A model generated the notes under the pieces. It was not told the DNA's origin. It did not search any database and saw nothing but the letters and a program-made list of their open reading frames with translations. A stretch of 61,499 nucleotides of DNA from a virus (taxonomy: Duplodnaviria; Heunggongvirae; Uroviricota; Caudoviricetes). The stretch is taken from the IMG/VR virus record IMGVR_UViG_3300029288_000054, positions 326,607 through 388,105 of that record. The stretch is one strand, 5' to 3'. Shown here piece after piece: positions 1 to 9,861 of the stretch (its first letter is position 1; every line of letters starts with the position of its first letter). A program made the translations under genes and the position numbers.

Positions 1-18
1 AGGTATCTTGTTGATTAT

Positions 19-303
19 TCAACGAAGAGTACTTAGCACTTTCTGTCTACGAATATCGCAGATTGCTCTAACCAAGACGTTAACAACCGGTTTGACACCC
101 CATAATGTCCCGAGGCTGCCTTCGTCATTAGTGATATCGAAATATCCCTCATATGCATCGCAACTGGACATTTCGATCTTGACCGCTCCCCCGTCGAAAT
201 TTAAGAAGTCGCCATCTGCTTTGGATGGGATGTTGGGGAAGACTTCGTTCAGAGCTGCAGTAATCCTACTGAATGATTCTGCTCTGATTTCATCGCGGGT
301 CAT
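19..303 (-). CDS. hypothetical protein (94 aa)
   Basis: ORF with AAGGAG SD upstream on the - strand; divergent from the structural operon. Confidence 0.6.
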   Translation of the reverse strand: MTRDEIRAESFSRITAALNEVFPNIPSKADGDFLNFDGGAVKIEMSSCDAYEGYFDITNDEGSLGTLWGVKPVVNVLVRAICDIRRQKVLSTLR

Positions 304-399
304 CTGTTCTCCTTGTAAGAGTTCCTACTTAAAATACGGCTCCAAGAGAAAGTTTGCCCGCCAAAAATAATTTGTAACACAGCAGATCGGAGATTCGAT

Positions 400-933
400 A
401 TGTCAGCACTAGTACCATTCACCGCCTACTTTCGAACTGTCCCCGCACGCGGCAAGAGCAAATGGGACTATATCCGAGACTTGCAACGATTAGGTATCCA
501 ACTATATGGAGAGCTAAAGCTCGTTCCACAGATTACGATGCCTGAGCCTGAAGGCGGTCAGAACCAGCTAAGTGAAAAGTTCGGCAGTATCGCCAATGGA
601 ATGGGCGTGCGCCCACAAATCGGCAATAACCCCTCGCTACTTATGGTTGAGGGATTCTATACTGTCAGTAGCAATCCGAGCGATCAGCCAGTAGGACCAA
701 TCACACTCATACATTCCAACGAAGTCTTGACAGGGCCACGCGGTGCTCGTCTTTGGGATGGAGCAAGTGGTTATCCGACTGCTACCGTTGTGGCGGAAGT
801 GAAAGCATTACATACTGCTCTAGATACAGCAGCATCAACTATCACTGATGATTCCGGCAACCATCCGGAAGTTTTCAGGCTTGTCTATAAGAACATCACC
901 TATGGAGACGCTGGGCAGACCTTCCCTGTTTAG
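400..933 (+). CDS. hypothetical protein, possibly virion-associated
   Basis: GGAG SD, 177-aa ORF directly upstream of the neck gene. Confidence 0.7.
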   Translation: MSALVPFTAYFRTVPARGKSKWDYIRDLQRLGIQLYGELKLVPQITMPEPEGGQNQLSEKFGSIANGMGVRPQIGNNPSLLMVEGFYTVSSNPSDQPVGPITLIHSNEVLTGPRGARLWDGASGYPTATVVAEVKALHTALDTAASTITDDSGNHPEVFRLVYKNITYGDAGQTFPV

Positions 934-989
934 TCTCGTAAATAAGCTATAGTATCTTGGCTTAAATATATCTCGGAGGAGCTGGATAC

Positions 990-1751
990 ATGGCTATTAT
1001 CGGACCGAGTGATTTGCCTGTGGTTCTGAAGTTGAACCCAAATCCAATGAAGGCATATGTTCTAGCCCAACTTGGACACCCTGCTGTAAATGTCGAAGTG
1101 ACGGAGGCTCAATTCGAGATAGCTCTGCGTGTTACTTGCGATTTTATCAGTGGCTATTTTCCGCGAGAACAGAAATTAGCTCTTTTCTATACAGAACCAT
1201 TGGTTCCGACATACCCGATGCCAGAAGACGCTTACTGGGTACAAGAGGTGCAGTGGGATCCGGTGACGACACGTATCGACGACGTGTTCGGTGCTGAGAG
1301 TTTCCTATTCAACATCGGTAACATCTCCGGTGTTCAGAACATCTTGACCGACTATTACCTATTGCAGGCGTATCGTCGATCATCGCAGCAGATTCTTGGA
1401 ACAATCGGCCACTGGGATGTGCTTAATGAAGGTGGAGACGGCCCAGGTAATCAGTTGATCAGATTATATCCGACGCCGAAGGGTGCTTTTCCAGTTACCG
1501 TGTTATATTATCCGACCATCACTCATTTTCGCAGCCCTCAGGCTAAATTGTTGGCCTCAGAGATGCTGCTTGCTGAGACCAAGATAATGGTTGGTGCTGC
1601 ACGTCGGAAGATTGCAGGGATACCAATGCCTGATGGTGGTAGCCTAGCATTAGATGGAGAGGCACTTGCGGCAGAAGGAAAAGAAGAAAAGCTCGCCATC
1701 ATAGAGAAGGCGATCCACTTGGGCGAACCAATGCCTATTGTGAAAGCATAG
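990..1751 (+). CDS. neck / head-tail adaptor, T4 gp13-like
   Basis: LGHPAVNVEVTEAQF resembles gp13 LGxPxINVEV; C-terminal GIPMPDGGSLALDGEAL; position before gp14/gp15-like genes. Confidence 0.8.
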   Translation: MAIIGPSDLPVVLKLNPNPMKAYVLAQLGHPAVNVEVTEAQFEIALRVTCDFISGYFPREQKLALFYTEPLVPTYPMPEDAYWVQEVQWDPVTTRIDDVFGAESFLFNIGNISGVQNILTDYYLLQAYRRSSQQILGTIGHWDVLNEGGDGPGNQLIRLYPTPKGAFPVTVLYYPTITHFRSPQAKLLASEMLLAETKIMVGAARRKIAGIPMPDGGSLALDGEALAAEGKEEKLAIIEKAIHLGEPMPIVKA

Positions 1752-1779
1752 TTAAATTGAACTGCGTTCTCAACCGTAC

Positions 1780-1989
1780 TTGAGGTGTCTTATGAGTCCA
1801 TTGAACAAGGTGTGCTTTGCGGTTTGCATCGTGACGATTGTTATCAGTGCATTACTCGGCTTAGCCATGATCTGGACAAATATTGATCCAGAGATAACGT
1901 CGAAGACGTTTCTGACTCTACTGATATTCTTTGTTAGCTCTGCTGCGGTCAGCGGCGTCAATGCGTTCTTCAAAGGCAAGCAGGGATAA
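1780..1989 (+). CDS. small two-TM membrane protein
   Basis: Two hydrophobic helices; GAGGTG SD suggests the real ATG is at 1792. Confidence 0.6.
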   Translation: MRCLMSPLNKVCFAVCIVTIVISALLGLAMIWTNIDPEITSKTFLTLLIFFVSSAAVSGVNAFFKGKQG

Positions 1990-1990
1990 T

Positions 1991-2851
1991 ATGCGACTCA
2001 GCATGTTAACTGAAGGTGTTGCTGCGTCTGAATTGGGCAATATTGCCATATTGAAGAATTCGTTGGCCGACAAATTAGTATCTGCGCTGCGTGCTCTTGG
2101 TTTTCGCAAACCAAGTATGAAGCCTGCTGAAAGTCCAACAGATGATGCTATCGTCTATATAGAGGCTGGTCAGAATGCTCTGACTCCAGAATCTCAGACG
2201 ATAATGGTGACTATCGAGGATGATGACCGAGTTAGAATTCAGATTCCTAGCGACATAAGCCAAACTGGTAAAAGCAGCCTGGCGGGGATTCTAGGAATAG
2301 AGGATTTCTTTGTCACCGGTTCTCTTGGTGAGGCTATCGCTAGGCTGAAGGTTATCAAGAGTAAGGCTGATCAATTAATACAGAATAGTAATCTACGGGG
2401 TTCCTTGTCTTCCGGCCACATAGGCGAAAGCGAGGAACCGGTTGCCGATTATATGGTTGGTAAGTTTAAAATTAATTCGACGAGGCCAGCAAGTTGGGTT
2501 AAATCACATTTAGAAAGTTTTCTCAGCAATAGGGTTCGAGACCTTATTGTTTTAGAATTAGAAGCGTTTGATAAGTCTTTCCTACGATCTGGATGGTTAT
2601 CTGATACTGTTGTAACGTGGGCACATCGTGACACAATGAGTCCGAAACAGTTGAAGCAGCATCTCATAACATCATTTGGTCCAGCAGACGCTTTCGATTT
2701 TGCTGCCTCAAGTTTCAAGTTACTTGGTATGGCATCTAATATCGAGGAATTCTTTGGAATATTCGATGCGGATTATGGTCGTGTCGACAGACTAACCGCT
2801 AAAATCAACACTATGGCAGACAGGCTTGAGGAAAGAATGCGTTCTAGTTGA
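1991..2851 (+). CDS. hypothetical protein, possible internal head protein
   Basis: ATG at 1991 just after the upstream stop; N-terminus MRLSMLTE resembles a capsid-targeting/cleavage leader. Confidence 0.6.
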   Translation: MRLSMLTEGVAASELGNIAILKNSLADKLVSALRALGFRKPSMKPAESPTDDAIVYIEAGQNALTPESQTIMVTIEDDDRVRIQIPSDISQTGKSSLAGILGIEDFFVTGSLGEAIARLKVIKSKADQLIQNSNLRGSLSSGHIGESEEPVADYMVGKFKINSTRPASWVKSHLESFLSNRVRDLIVLELEAFDKSFLRSGWLSDTVVTWAHRDTMSPKQLKQHLITSFGPADAFDFAASSFKLLGMASNIEEFFGIFDADYGRVDRLTAKINTMADRLEERMRSS

Positions 2852-2878
2852 AATATATGGTAGCGAGGTAAGGCTACC

Positions 2879-3406
2879 ATGCGACGAATCTTTATAGCTA
2901 ATAAGCTTGAAGTAGTTGGTGCAGATAGTGTTGCTGTTCCTGGTTGCGAGCCAGAGGCATCATTCACTACTACCAGTCTCTCTTGGATGCATAGGTGCAA
3001 AAGTGCCTATGTAAAGCTGTCTGTCGCACTAGCTGCTATTCCTGGATCAACAATCGAATGGCAGTGGAATGCCGGACAATCTAATGGTTCGACACAGAAA
3101 TGGTTTGTTTTACCGCCATATAACGTAGATTGCCCATGCACACCAATGCCTGACTATTATGCAATCCTTCGCAGTCTTGCTGACTCTGATGAGGAAGTAG
3201 ATCAACAGCCCGATTGTGCAGTATTAGACCAAGGATGGTGCCCTGCAAAGAACTTCCAGCAACAGATGCCTCCACCGGTAAAATGTTATGTCCCAGAAGG
3301 TGAGATTTTTGGTATTGCTCCATCACTACTGTTCGGCCCGTACTACTACGGGAATGATCCTCGTGACAGTCCGGCTCCAATAGACGACCTTCCTTTATCG
3401 ATGTGA
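2879..3406 (+). CDS. hypothetical Cys/Pro-rich protein
   Basis: GAGGT SD; 175-aa ORF within the neck cluster. Confidence 0.6.
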   Translation: MRRIFIANKLEVVGADSVAVPGCEPEASFTTTSLSWMHRCKSAYVKLSVALAAIPGSTIEWQWNAGQSNGSTQKWFVLPPYNVDCPCTPMPDYYAILRSLADSDEEVDQQPDCAVLDQGWCPAKNFQQQMPPPVKCYVPEGEIFGIAPSLLFGPYYYGNDPRDSPAPIDDLPLSM

Positions 3407-3413
3407 ATGAAAC

Positions 3414-4019
3414 ATGATCCACAGCTTTAGTTCTATTGATGAACAGGGGCCGACTGGTTTACAGACCGACTTCCGTAGCGATGTGGAGCAGTTTAATCCG
3501 CTATTCCAAGCGCATGATGTAGACTCATCAGATATAGGATTGGCTAAGAAACTCGCGCTAGAGATGATTCAAGTAAATGGTGCTCTTGTCCGGATTCACA
3601 CGAGAACGGACAATATGGACCACGATAAGACATTCGATGAAGACGCCGACCCAACCTATTGGAGTCCGATAACTCTTAAAGGGTTCTTTGTTCCGAATCC
3701 GATGGAATATGAGCTAACATTATGGGGCGTCGATTGCCCAAATAAACAGGAAATTGTGTTCGCACTTGAGCAGGTCGTAGAGGCTGCACCAAATAGATTG
3801 TTTCGTCCTGGTGATCTCATAGAGTTGCCATTCGATTCGCAGTCGCAACAGAAGCCGAAATACTTCATGATTGATAATGCATCTGAGATTGGCAATTTCA
3901 GATATACCTGGCTCTACTTGAAATGCGTGACTACTCTTATCGTCGGTGACGTCAATCTACGTCCAGCACAAGATATCGTTACGAGCACCGATGAATATAC
4001 GGATGAGGTCGATGGATGA
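3414..4019 (+). CDS. neck / head closure protein, T4 gp14-like
   Basis: EMIQVNG, FDED, ELTLWG and PGDLIELP motifs typical of gp14-like proteins; synteny. Confidence 0.7.
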   Translation: MIHSFSSIDEQGPTGLQTDFRSDVEQFNPLFQAHDVDSSDIGLAKKLALEMIQVNGALVRIHTRTDNMDHDKTFDEDADPTYWSPITLKGFFVPNPMEYELTLWGVDCPNKQEIVFALEQVVEAAPNRLFRPGDLIELPFDSQSQQKPKYFMIDNASEIGNFRYTWLYLKCVTTLIVGDVNLRPAQDIVTSTDEYTDEVDG

Positions 4020-4351
4020 AGCAGTTCACCGATGTCAGGGAGTTAATGGGGCAAATCGCTCTCGATCTAGATAGTCGTGCTGGTGTTGTCGGTAGTGCGT
4101 TCCGCACCAATCTTCGTAAGGAACTTTTAGGGTTAGGATCAAAGGACAGTGTTGCCGTGTCGATAGAGCAGACGTCTTCTGGTACTATGATTTCGCTACA
4201 GATCCAAGAATGGGTTGATAAACTAGAACACAATACGATAGTAGAAGAATTCAAAGATTTAATGGATCGCATCGGTGCCACACCATCTGGTATTTGTGTA
4301 GGAGCGGTGCCAGGGAATTTAGTGGCGTTTCTGAGTAAAGGCGGGAAATAA
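4016..4351 (+). CDS. hypothetical protein
   Basis: ATGA-coupled 111-aa ORF. Confidence 0.6.
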   Translation: MKQFTDVRELMGQIALDLDSRAGVVGSAFRTNLRKELLGLGSKDSVAVSIEQTSSGTMISLQIQEWVDKLEHNTIVEEFKDLMDRIGATPSGICVGAVPGNLVAFLSKGGK

Positions 4352-5223
4352 TGGCTATTCACGAATTCACACCAGACGTACTGGAACAAGAAAAGACGTC
4401 TCGCCCAGTTCCTGGTCCTGAATTCAATCCACAGATTGATAGGGTGCCTATAGCCGTAGCACAGAGTAGTGACGTTCAAGGCGGTCGCAGTAAGATATAT
4501 GGCGAGCCGTTAGGGACGCAACCGGAGTTTGTCCAAGAATTCTTAATGCCAGGTTTTCATGCACTAGATGAAGCCATGAAAACATATTGGTCTGGTATCA
4601 GAATTCCAACTAAGGACTCTTATCGGTTTATGAGAGTTAAGATAGCTGGTGGTGATAAGAGCATTTTGATTTGGCGTGACCAGTTGAAGGACGGCAGAGT
4701 AAAGTTTCCAGTTGCTTCTATCAACAGATTGAGCCATGAATTCAACCCTCAGAAGTTTAGCTCTCCAGTTCTAACTATGGCTCGCAGATATACCAGCAGT
4801 CGTATGGACCGTGTTGCTCTAATTAGGCGACCAGTGCCATTCTTAGTTAAGTATACTATGACAATATGGGCATCTTGGAAGAGAGATGCAGATAATGCAC
4901 TTGAACAAATTCTGACACGTTTTAACCCATTGGCAGAATTTGTGATGAGCGACCAACACCTCCAAGGTAGCGTGCAGTTGCGGTTTGAGGGGTCTGCTGA
5001 CACTAGCGAAAAAGAGGCCGGTTTCGATCAAAAAGCTAAGACGCGGTATGAATTCTCTATGACTGCTGAGGCTTGGCTACCACTACCAGAGCTTATAGTT
5101 CCGACCATACTTGGCCATGTTAATGTTATTAGGGAATCTAGCACGAACCAACTACTATCTGTTGGACGTGGTGATACAACTAGACTATTCTGTAACCCGG
5201 CATCTGGCGGCTGGGATGTGTAA
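4351..5223 (+). CDS. tail terminator / sheath stabilizer, T4 gp15-like
   Basis: FPVASINR, PVPFLVKYTMTIW, LEQILTRFNP and FSMTAEAWL motifs; upstream of sheath. Confidence 0.8.
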   Translation: MAIHEFTPDVLEQEKTSRPVPGPEFNPQIDRVPIAVAQSSDVQGGRSKIYGEPLGTQPEFVQEFLMPGFHALDEAMKTYWSGIRIPTKDSYRFMRVKIAGGDKSILIWRDQLKDGRVKFPVASINRLSHEFNPQKFSSPVLTMARRYTSSRMDRVALIRRPVPFLVKYTMTIWASWKRDADNALEQILTRFNPLAEFVMSDQHLQGSVQLRFEGSADTSEKEAGFDQKAKTRYEFSMTAEAWLPLPELIVPTILGHVNVIRESSTNQLLSVGRGDTTRLFCNPASGGWDV

Positions 5224-5287
5224 ATAGAAGATCTGAGATGTAAATAGTGGCATGGTAATTATCGGTGTCCATCAATAAGGTAAGTTT

Positions 5288-5539
5288 ATGAAACAACCTA
5301 CCAGAGAAGCCAGCTTTGTCGTGCAGATTTATAACTCCAGCCGTCAGATGATACCGATTTCTGTCAGACCGCCTGGGGGCGACTTTTTTCTGCATGAACA
5401 AACAATCTACCTCAGACCGGGCAAAACGGTTCGTCTGCCAAAGAATTTCTTGAACGATTCGCAGATTTCCAATCTGACTACGAAGCGGATGATAAGAATT
5501 CTGCACGATAGTGAAAAGACTGCCGCCGTTCTAAGCTAA
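5288..5539 (+). CDS. hypothetical protein (83 aa)
   Basis: AAGGT SD; ORF between terminator protein and sheath. Confidence 0.55.
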   Translation: MKQPTREASFVVQIYNSSRQMIPISVRPPGGDFFLHEQTIYLRPGKTVRLPKNFLNDSQISNLTTKRMIRILHDSEKTAAVLS

Positions 5540-5603
5540 TACCTATGCACGAATAGTGCGATATTCTGTGGGTTGCTATAGATGTCGAGCTAAATATACT
5601 TTA

Positions 5604-5709
5604 GGACGACTATCAGTTTTATCGTGCTAGAAGCTGATAGAGAGAAATTGTGATTTGCTCCGTCGTCCCTGGTTGTCGGCAAATCTATGATAGTTTGGTA
5701 CTCGACAAC
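5604..5709 (+). ncRNA. putative structured 5' leader RNA of the sheath gene
   Basis: Pairings 5604-5610/5662-5668, 5611-5620/5630-5639, 5642-5648/5653-5660 and 5672-5678/5703-5709, ending at the GGAG SD. Confidence 0.45.
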
Positions 5710-5721
5710 GGAGATTAGACA

Positions 5722-8565
5722 ATGCCCACATATCTGAGCCCTGGTGTTTATCCAAGGGAAATAGACCTTAGCGCAGTCACTGGCAATGCCGGACCACTCC
5801 GTGCGGCATTTGTCGGGACCGCCAAAAAAGGTCCTATGAACACTCCGACCTTTGTGACAAGTGCACAACAGGCAATCGACATCTTCGGTGAACCGTTTGT
5901 CGAGAGTTATCTGATGTACGCGGTGCTTGCCTACTTGGAGGAGAGCAATCAAGCATACGTCATCCGAGTTGGTATCGAGTGCCAGGACGGCCAACCCGAT
6001 GAGTTGAATGACGTCTGCATCGATACTTCAGGCAATCGAATCAACGGTTGGAGCCGAATCCCAGTTTTCACTGGGATCGACTATGGCAAGCTGCAACTAC
6101 GGGCCGTGTCTGCGTTATCTCCTGTTATATTCCACGACGCAGGAGTCGAGAATATCGACTTCACCGACGTTAGCGTATCAGTTACGGAGGGTCCGACTGA
6201 CGCGACGTTGCAGTTTGACGGTGAAACCGATCTGAGTGATGGTTACACCGGATGCTTGGATGACACTTTCTCGCTGTTCATCACCGGAAGACCTGATGCT
6301 GGTTTCGCTATCAGTGGAGCCACATTCCAATTGTTCCGCAGTCGAGACAGCGCTTTGATGGCCAGCGGTGTCTTGTCTGAGAAGGTGCCCGGTACCAGTA
6401 CCAACATCGAAGTCGGGGAAGGGCTCGTCTGCAATATTCTGGTCACAAGTGGGCGACTGGACACCAACGACGTATTCTCTTTCACCGCCAAGCCATACAA
6501 CAGAGCGTTCGAGGTTGAAGTTGAGGGCGCTGGCAATCCTTACATCATGCCAGCCGCCACCTATTCAACTGCGACTGATCTCGTCGATGCGATCAACTTG
6601 CTTGTTACCGTCGAGGATTACGTTGCCGTCGTCAACAGCGACGGTTATCCGGAGCTTCGTACAAAGGTAGCTGGTCACCGTATCCAGCTCACCAGCTCGT
6701 GCGCATTTGCGAAAGAAGTCGGCACGGAGCAGTACGTCTACGACATTCCGCGTAGCTACTTGTTTGGAACCGACGCCGAGCCATACTTCATCAACAGCCA
6801 AAGCAACCGCATCGCAATCGACGTGATTCCAGCAGACAGAAGCACGACGGTTAGCCTCTCGTTCACTATTTTGACCGGGACGAATCTGTCTGCTGCTACG
6901 ATTGCGGCTGCAATCAATGGCAATGGTATGTATGCTGGCGACACATATTTCACAGCATTCGCTATCACGGCTCCAGGTAATATACAGCATGTCGTGATCG
7001 TGACATCTGATTCGCACCAGTTAGACCAGCTACAATTGAAGGCAAGCTACTCGAACCTCAAGACATTGACGTTCGCAGAAGAGCTTGGCATCCTAGCACC
7101 TTACACAAAGGCGTATCGCGGGTTCTACGACAGCCGTGTTTCGCTGCCGCCAACCGGCGAAGTGACACCTTCTGTGCCGTTGTCCTGCGAGTTGGACCCG
7201 AGCGGCCCGGAGTGTGCCTTGGACGCTGCGTACTTCCACAGCATTGTCGGTTGGTTTGTGGCGACAAGCGCCGGAACGTGGCTTGATAGCTACACTCTGA
7301 CGCTATCTCTACAGACGCAAATCGCTGGTAATCCGGCTGCACGCTATCAACTGGTTATCACCGATCCGAACGGTGCCACCGCCGACAACGTGCAGAACAT
7401 CAGCTTCGACAAGACCGATGACCGTTATATCGGTAATGTTTTGAACCCTGGTACTGCCTATGGTGGTGCCAACGGCAACGATTTCGTCAACTGGGAAGAC
7501 CGCCCGGCGTTCTTGAACAACGACGAACTCGATCCGAGCACCTATGAAGTCAGACAACCAGCCCAGCTTGCGAGCCATGTATTCAGCGGCGGTGCCAATG
7601 GCATCCCGATCGATCCCGCATTTTCAAGCGAGCTCGACGCCGCAATCATTGGCAACCCGCAAGATTCGAGTGGTATGTATGGTGTCCAGAACTCTGAGAC
7701 ATTCGACATCAATTTGCTCATCATACCAGGTATGACATCTGGTGCTGTGATCGGGCAAGGTCTACAACTGTGCGAAAGTCGTGGCGATGTACTCTACCTG
7801 GTCGATCCGCCTTTTGGGCTTCGGCCACAGCAAGTCGTCGATTGGCACAACGGCATGTTGCTTTCCGATTTATCGCATGCAATCAACAGCAGCTACGGTG
7901 CTCTATACTGGGGCTGGCTTGAGATCTACGATCAATTCAGCAAGCAGAACGTTTGGATTCCACCATCCGGACACGTTGGTTCGGTCTTCGCTCGCACTTC
8001 GAGAGTGGCCGACCAGTGGATGGCTCCTGCCGGTATCAATCGCGGCAAGTTGCTAACACCGTTGGCCGTCGAATATAACCCGAGTCAAGGCGAGCGTGAC
8101 CTATTATATGGTAGCGGTAACGCCGTGAACCCATTGGTTGCATTCCCGAAGGACGGCATCGTGGTCTTCGGTCAGCGGACACTGCAACGCACCGAAACGG
8201 CCCTTGATCGGGTCAATGTGCGGATGTTGTTGATCTACCTGAAGAAGAACTTGGTCCAGATACTTCGAGCTTTTGTGTTCGAGCCGAACGATGCAACGAC
8301 TTGGGCACAGGTTCGAACGCTCATCAACCCGTTTATGGCAGATATCCAAGCCCGACGTGGGTTGGATGCCTACAATGTGGTGTGCGACGAGTCGAATAAT
8401 ACCCCACAGCGGCGCGACATGAATCAGTTGTGGGTATCGGTGTTCATCAAACCGACCCGCGCGATCGAATTCATCGTGCTCAACTTGGTGGTCATGCAAT
8501 CTTCGGCATCCTTCAGTTCCGAGGAAGTCCTGGCAGCAGGTGGAGTTGTGGTGAGTGGTAGGTAG
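5722..8565 (+). CDS. gp18: contractile tail sheath protein
   Basis: MPTYLSPGVYPREID N-terminus; WMAPAGINRG, FGQRTL, RVNVRMLL, FVFEPND, IKPTRAIEFI. Confidence 0.97.
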   Translation: MPTYLSPGVYPREIDLSAVTGNAGPLRAAFVGTAKKGPMNTPTFVTSAQQAIDIFGEPFVESYLMYAVLAYLEESNQAYVIRVGIECQDGQPDELNDVCIDTSGNRINGWSRIPVFTGIDYGKLQLRAVSALSPVIFHDAGVENIDFTDVSVSVTEGPTDATLQFDGETDLSDGYTGCLDDTFSLFITGRPDAGFAISGATFQLFRSRDSALMASGVLSEKVPGTSTNIEVGEGLVCNILVTSGRLDTNDVFSFTAKPYNRAFEVEVEGAGNPYIMPAATYSTATDLVDAINLLVTVEDYVAVVNSDGYPELRTKVAGHRIQLTSSCAFAKEVGTEQYVYDIPRSYLFGTDAEPYFINSQSNRIAIDVIPADRSTTVSLSFTILTGTNLSAATIAAAINGNGMYAGDTYFTAFAITAPGNIQHVVIVTSDSHQLDQLQLKASYSNLKTLTFAEELGILAPYTKAYRGFYDSRVSLPPTGEVTPSVPLSCELDPSGPECALDAAYFHSIVGWFVATSAGTWLDSYTLTLSLQTQIAGNPAARYQLVITDPNGATADNVQNISFDKTDDRYIGNVLNPGTAYGGANGNDFVNWEDRPAFLNNDELDPSTYEVRQPAQLASHVFSGGANGIPIDPAFSSELDAAIIGNPQDSSGMYGVQNSETFDINLLIIPGMTSGAVIGQGLQLCESRGDVLYLVDPPFGLRPQQVVDWHNGMLLSDLSHAINSSYGALYWGWLEIYDQFSKQNVWIPPSGHVGSVFARTSRVADQWMAPAGINRGKLLTPLAVEYNPSQGERDLLYGSGNAVNPLVAFPKDGIVVFGQRTLQRTETALDRVNVRMLLIYLKKNLVQILRAFVFEPNDATTWAQVRTLINPFMADIQARRGLDAYNVVCDESNNTPQRRDMNQLWVSVFIKPTRAIEFIVLNLVVMQSSASFSSEEVLAAGGVVVSGR

Positions 8566-8585
8566 TCCGACGCGACGAATGGGCG

Positions 8586-8618
8586 AGAGGGCCAGCGAAA
8601 GCTGGCCCTCTTCGTATA
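8586..8618 (+). terminator. hairpin after sheath (terminator or processing element)
   Basis: AGAGGGCCAGC-GAAA-GCTGGCCCTCT then TCGTATA; no true U-tract. Confidence 0.6.
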
Positions 8619-8687
8619 AAGAATCCTACTACACATCAAACATAAGATATCGGCAATTGATCGGTTGCCTTGACGAAGGAGACTAAG

Positions 8688-9194
8688 ATGCCCGGATTCA
8701 ATATTTGTGGAACTGGTAATGGGCCAGCCGCCAACTTGGAAACTCGCAGAAAGCATCGCTGGGTTTTTCGAACCCTCGGCGGTGTTAATCCGGCTGCGTT
8801 ACTGGTCCTGCAATCAGCATCGCGACCGAATTTCAAGTTCGCAGAACCAGAAATGCACCACGACCAGGAAGTGGCTTACTTCGCCGGTAAGCAGACCTGG
8901 GAGCCGGTCAGCATGAAGTGGTATGATGTCGAGCAGAATCCCGACGTATCAGCCACAATTTACGAATGGCTGCGAACCGTTGTCGATCTGCCGACAGCTA
9001 CCGTATATGCACCAGCCGTGTATAAGCAGCAAGCGACGTTGGAGATGATCGGTGCTGCTGGTAATACGACCGAAACATGGATCATGTGTAATGCATGGCC
9101 CAAGGAAGTCAACTGGGGCGATTTGGATTATACAGCGACCGATATCGTGACGATTGAAGCGACGTTGCGATACGACAGGGCTCTCAGAGCCTAG
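8688..9194 (+). CDS. major tail tube protein (gp19-like), paralog 1
   Basis: AAGGAG SD + ATG; RKHRW, FAGKQTWEPVSMKWYD, NAWPKEVNWGDLDY, LRYD. Confidence 0.9.
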   Translation: MPGFNICGTGNGPAANLETRRKHRWVFRTLGGVNPAALLVLQSASRPNFKFAEPEMHHDQEVAYFAGKQTWEPVSMKWYDVEQNPDVSATIYEWLRTVVDLPTATVYAPAVYKQQATLEMIGAAGNTTETWIMCNAWPKEVNWGDLDYTATDIVTIEATLRYDRALRA

Positions 9195-9211
9195 TGTCGC
9201 TCGGAGATAAT

Positions 9212-9244
9212 AGAAGGCCAGCAATTGCTGGCCTTCTTCGTATA
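9212..9244 (+). terminator. hairpin after tube 1, near copy of the 8586 hairpin
   Basis: AGAAGGCCAGC-AATT-GCTGGCCTTCT then TCGTATA. Confidence 0.6.
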
Positions 9245-9314
9245 TATAGCATTCATATCAAACCTAAAGTAGTTGTTCTGTAATGTCTTACTCTATACGT
9301 GATTGGCGACACAA

Positions 9315-9851
9315 GTGCCAGGATTCAATATCGGCCAGAACAATCAGGCGCAGCAACCTGGAGCTACTGTTGAAGTAGCACGCCAACATCGTTGGAAGTT
9401 TGCTACTCTCGAACCTTTAAAGGATATACTACTATATGCCCATAAATCAGGCAGACCAAGGGTAGAATTCGATAAGGCCACTTTACATTACCAGCAAGAT
9501 TGTGTCTATTTCCCAGGTAAGCAGAAGTGGACACCGATAGAAATAAGCTTCTATCACATTATCACCAACACTGATGCTGCCTTTCAGATTTATCAATGGT
9601 GGTCGACTGGTGTCATAAATATAAACCGGTCTCAGATCAATCTTAAGAAGCGGACCTGCACGCTAGAAATGCTTAATGGAACCGGTGCTGCTATCTACAG
9701 GTATACAATGCATGGTTGCTGGCCGTCTAAGGTAACTCCAGATGAGCTTGATTATACCTCATCTAAGATATCTGAGATTACATTTACCTTAGAGATGGAT
9801 AAGGCGACTGAAGAGAAGGTTGACGTCGAGGATCAGGCACCAGCCGCATAA
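9315..9851 (+). CDS. tail tube-like protein, paralog 2
   Basis: GTG start gives MPGFNIG like paralog 1; RQHRW, FPGKQKWTP, GCWPSKV, ELDY. Confidence 0.8.
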   Translation: MPGFNIGQNNQAQQPGATVEVARQHRWKFATLEPLKDILLYAHKSGRPRVEFDKATLHYQQDCVYFPGKQKWTPIEISFYHIITNTDAAFQIYQWWSTGVININRSQINLKKRTCTLEMLNGTGAAIYRYTMHGCWPSKVTPDELDYTSSKISEITFTLEMDKATEEKVDVEDQAPAA

Positions 9852-9861
9852 GGAGAATATT

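Noticed and set aside
5604-5709. tRNA in the structured intergenic region
   Set aside because: No T-loop GTTCRA or D-loop consensus; I found no tRNA genes in the window
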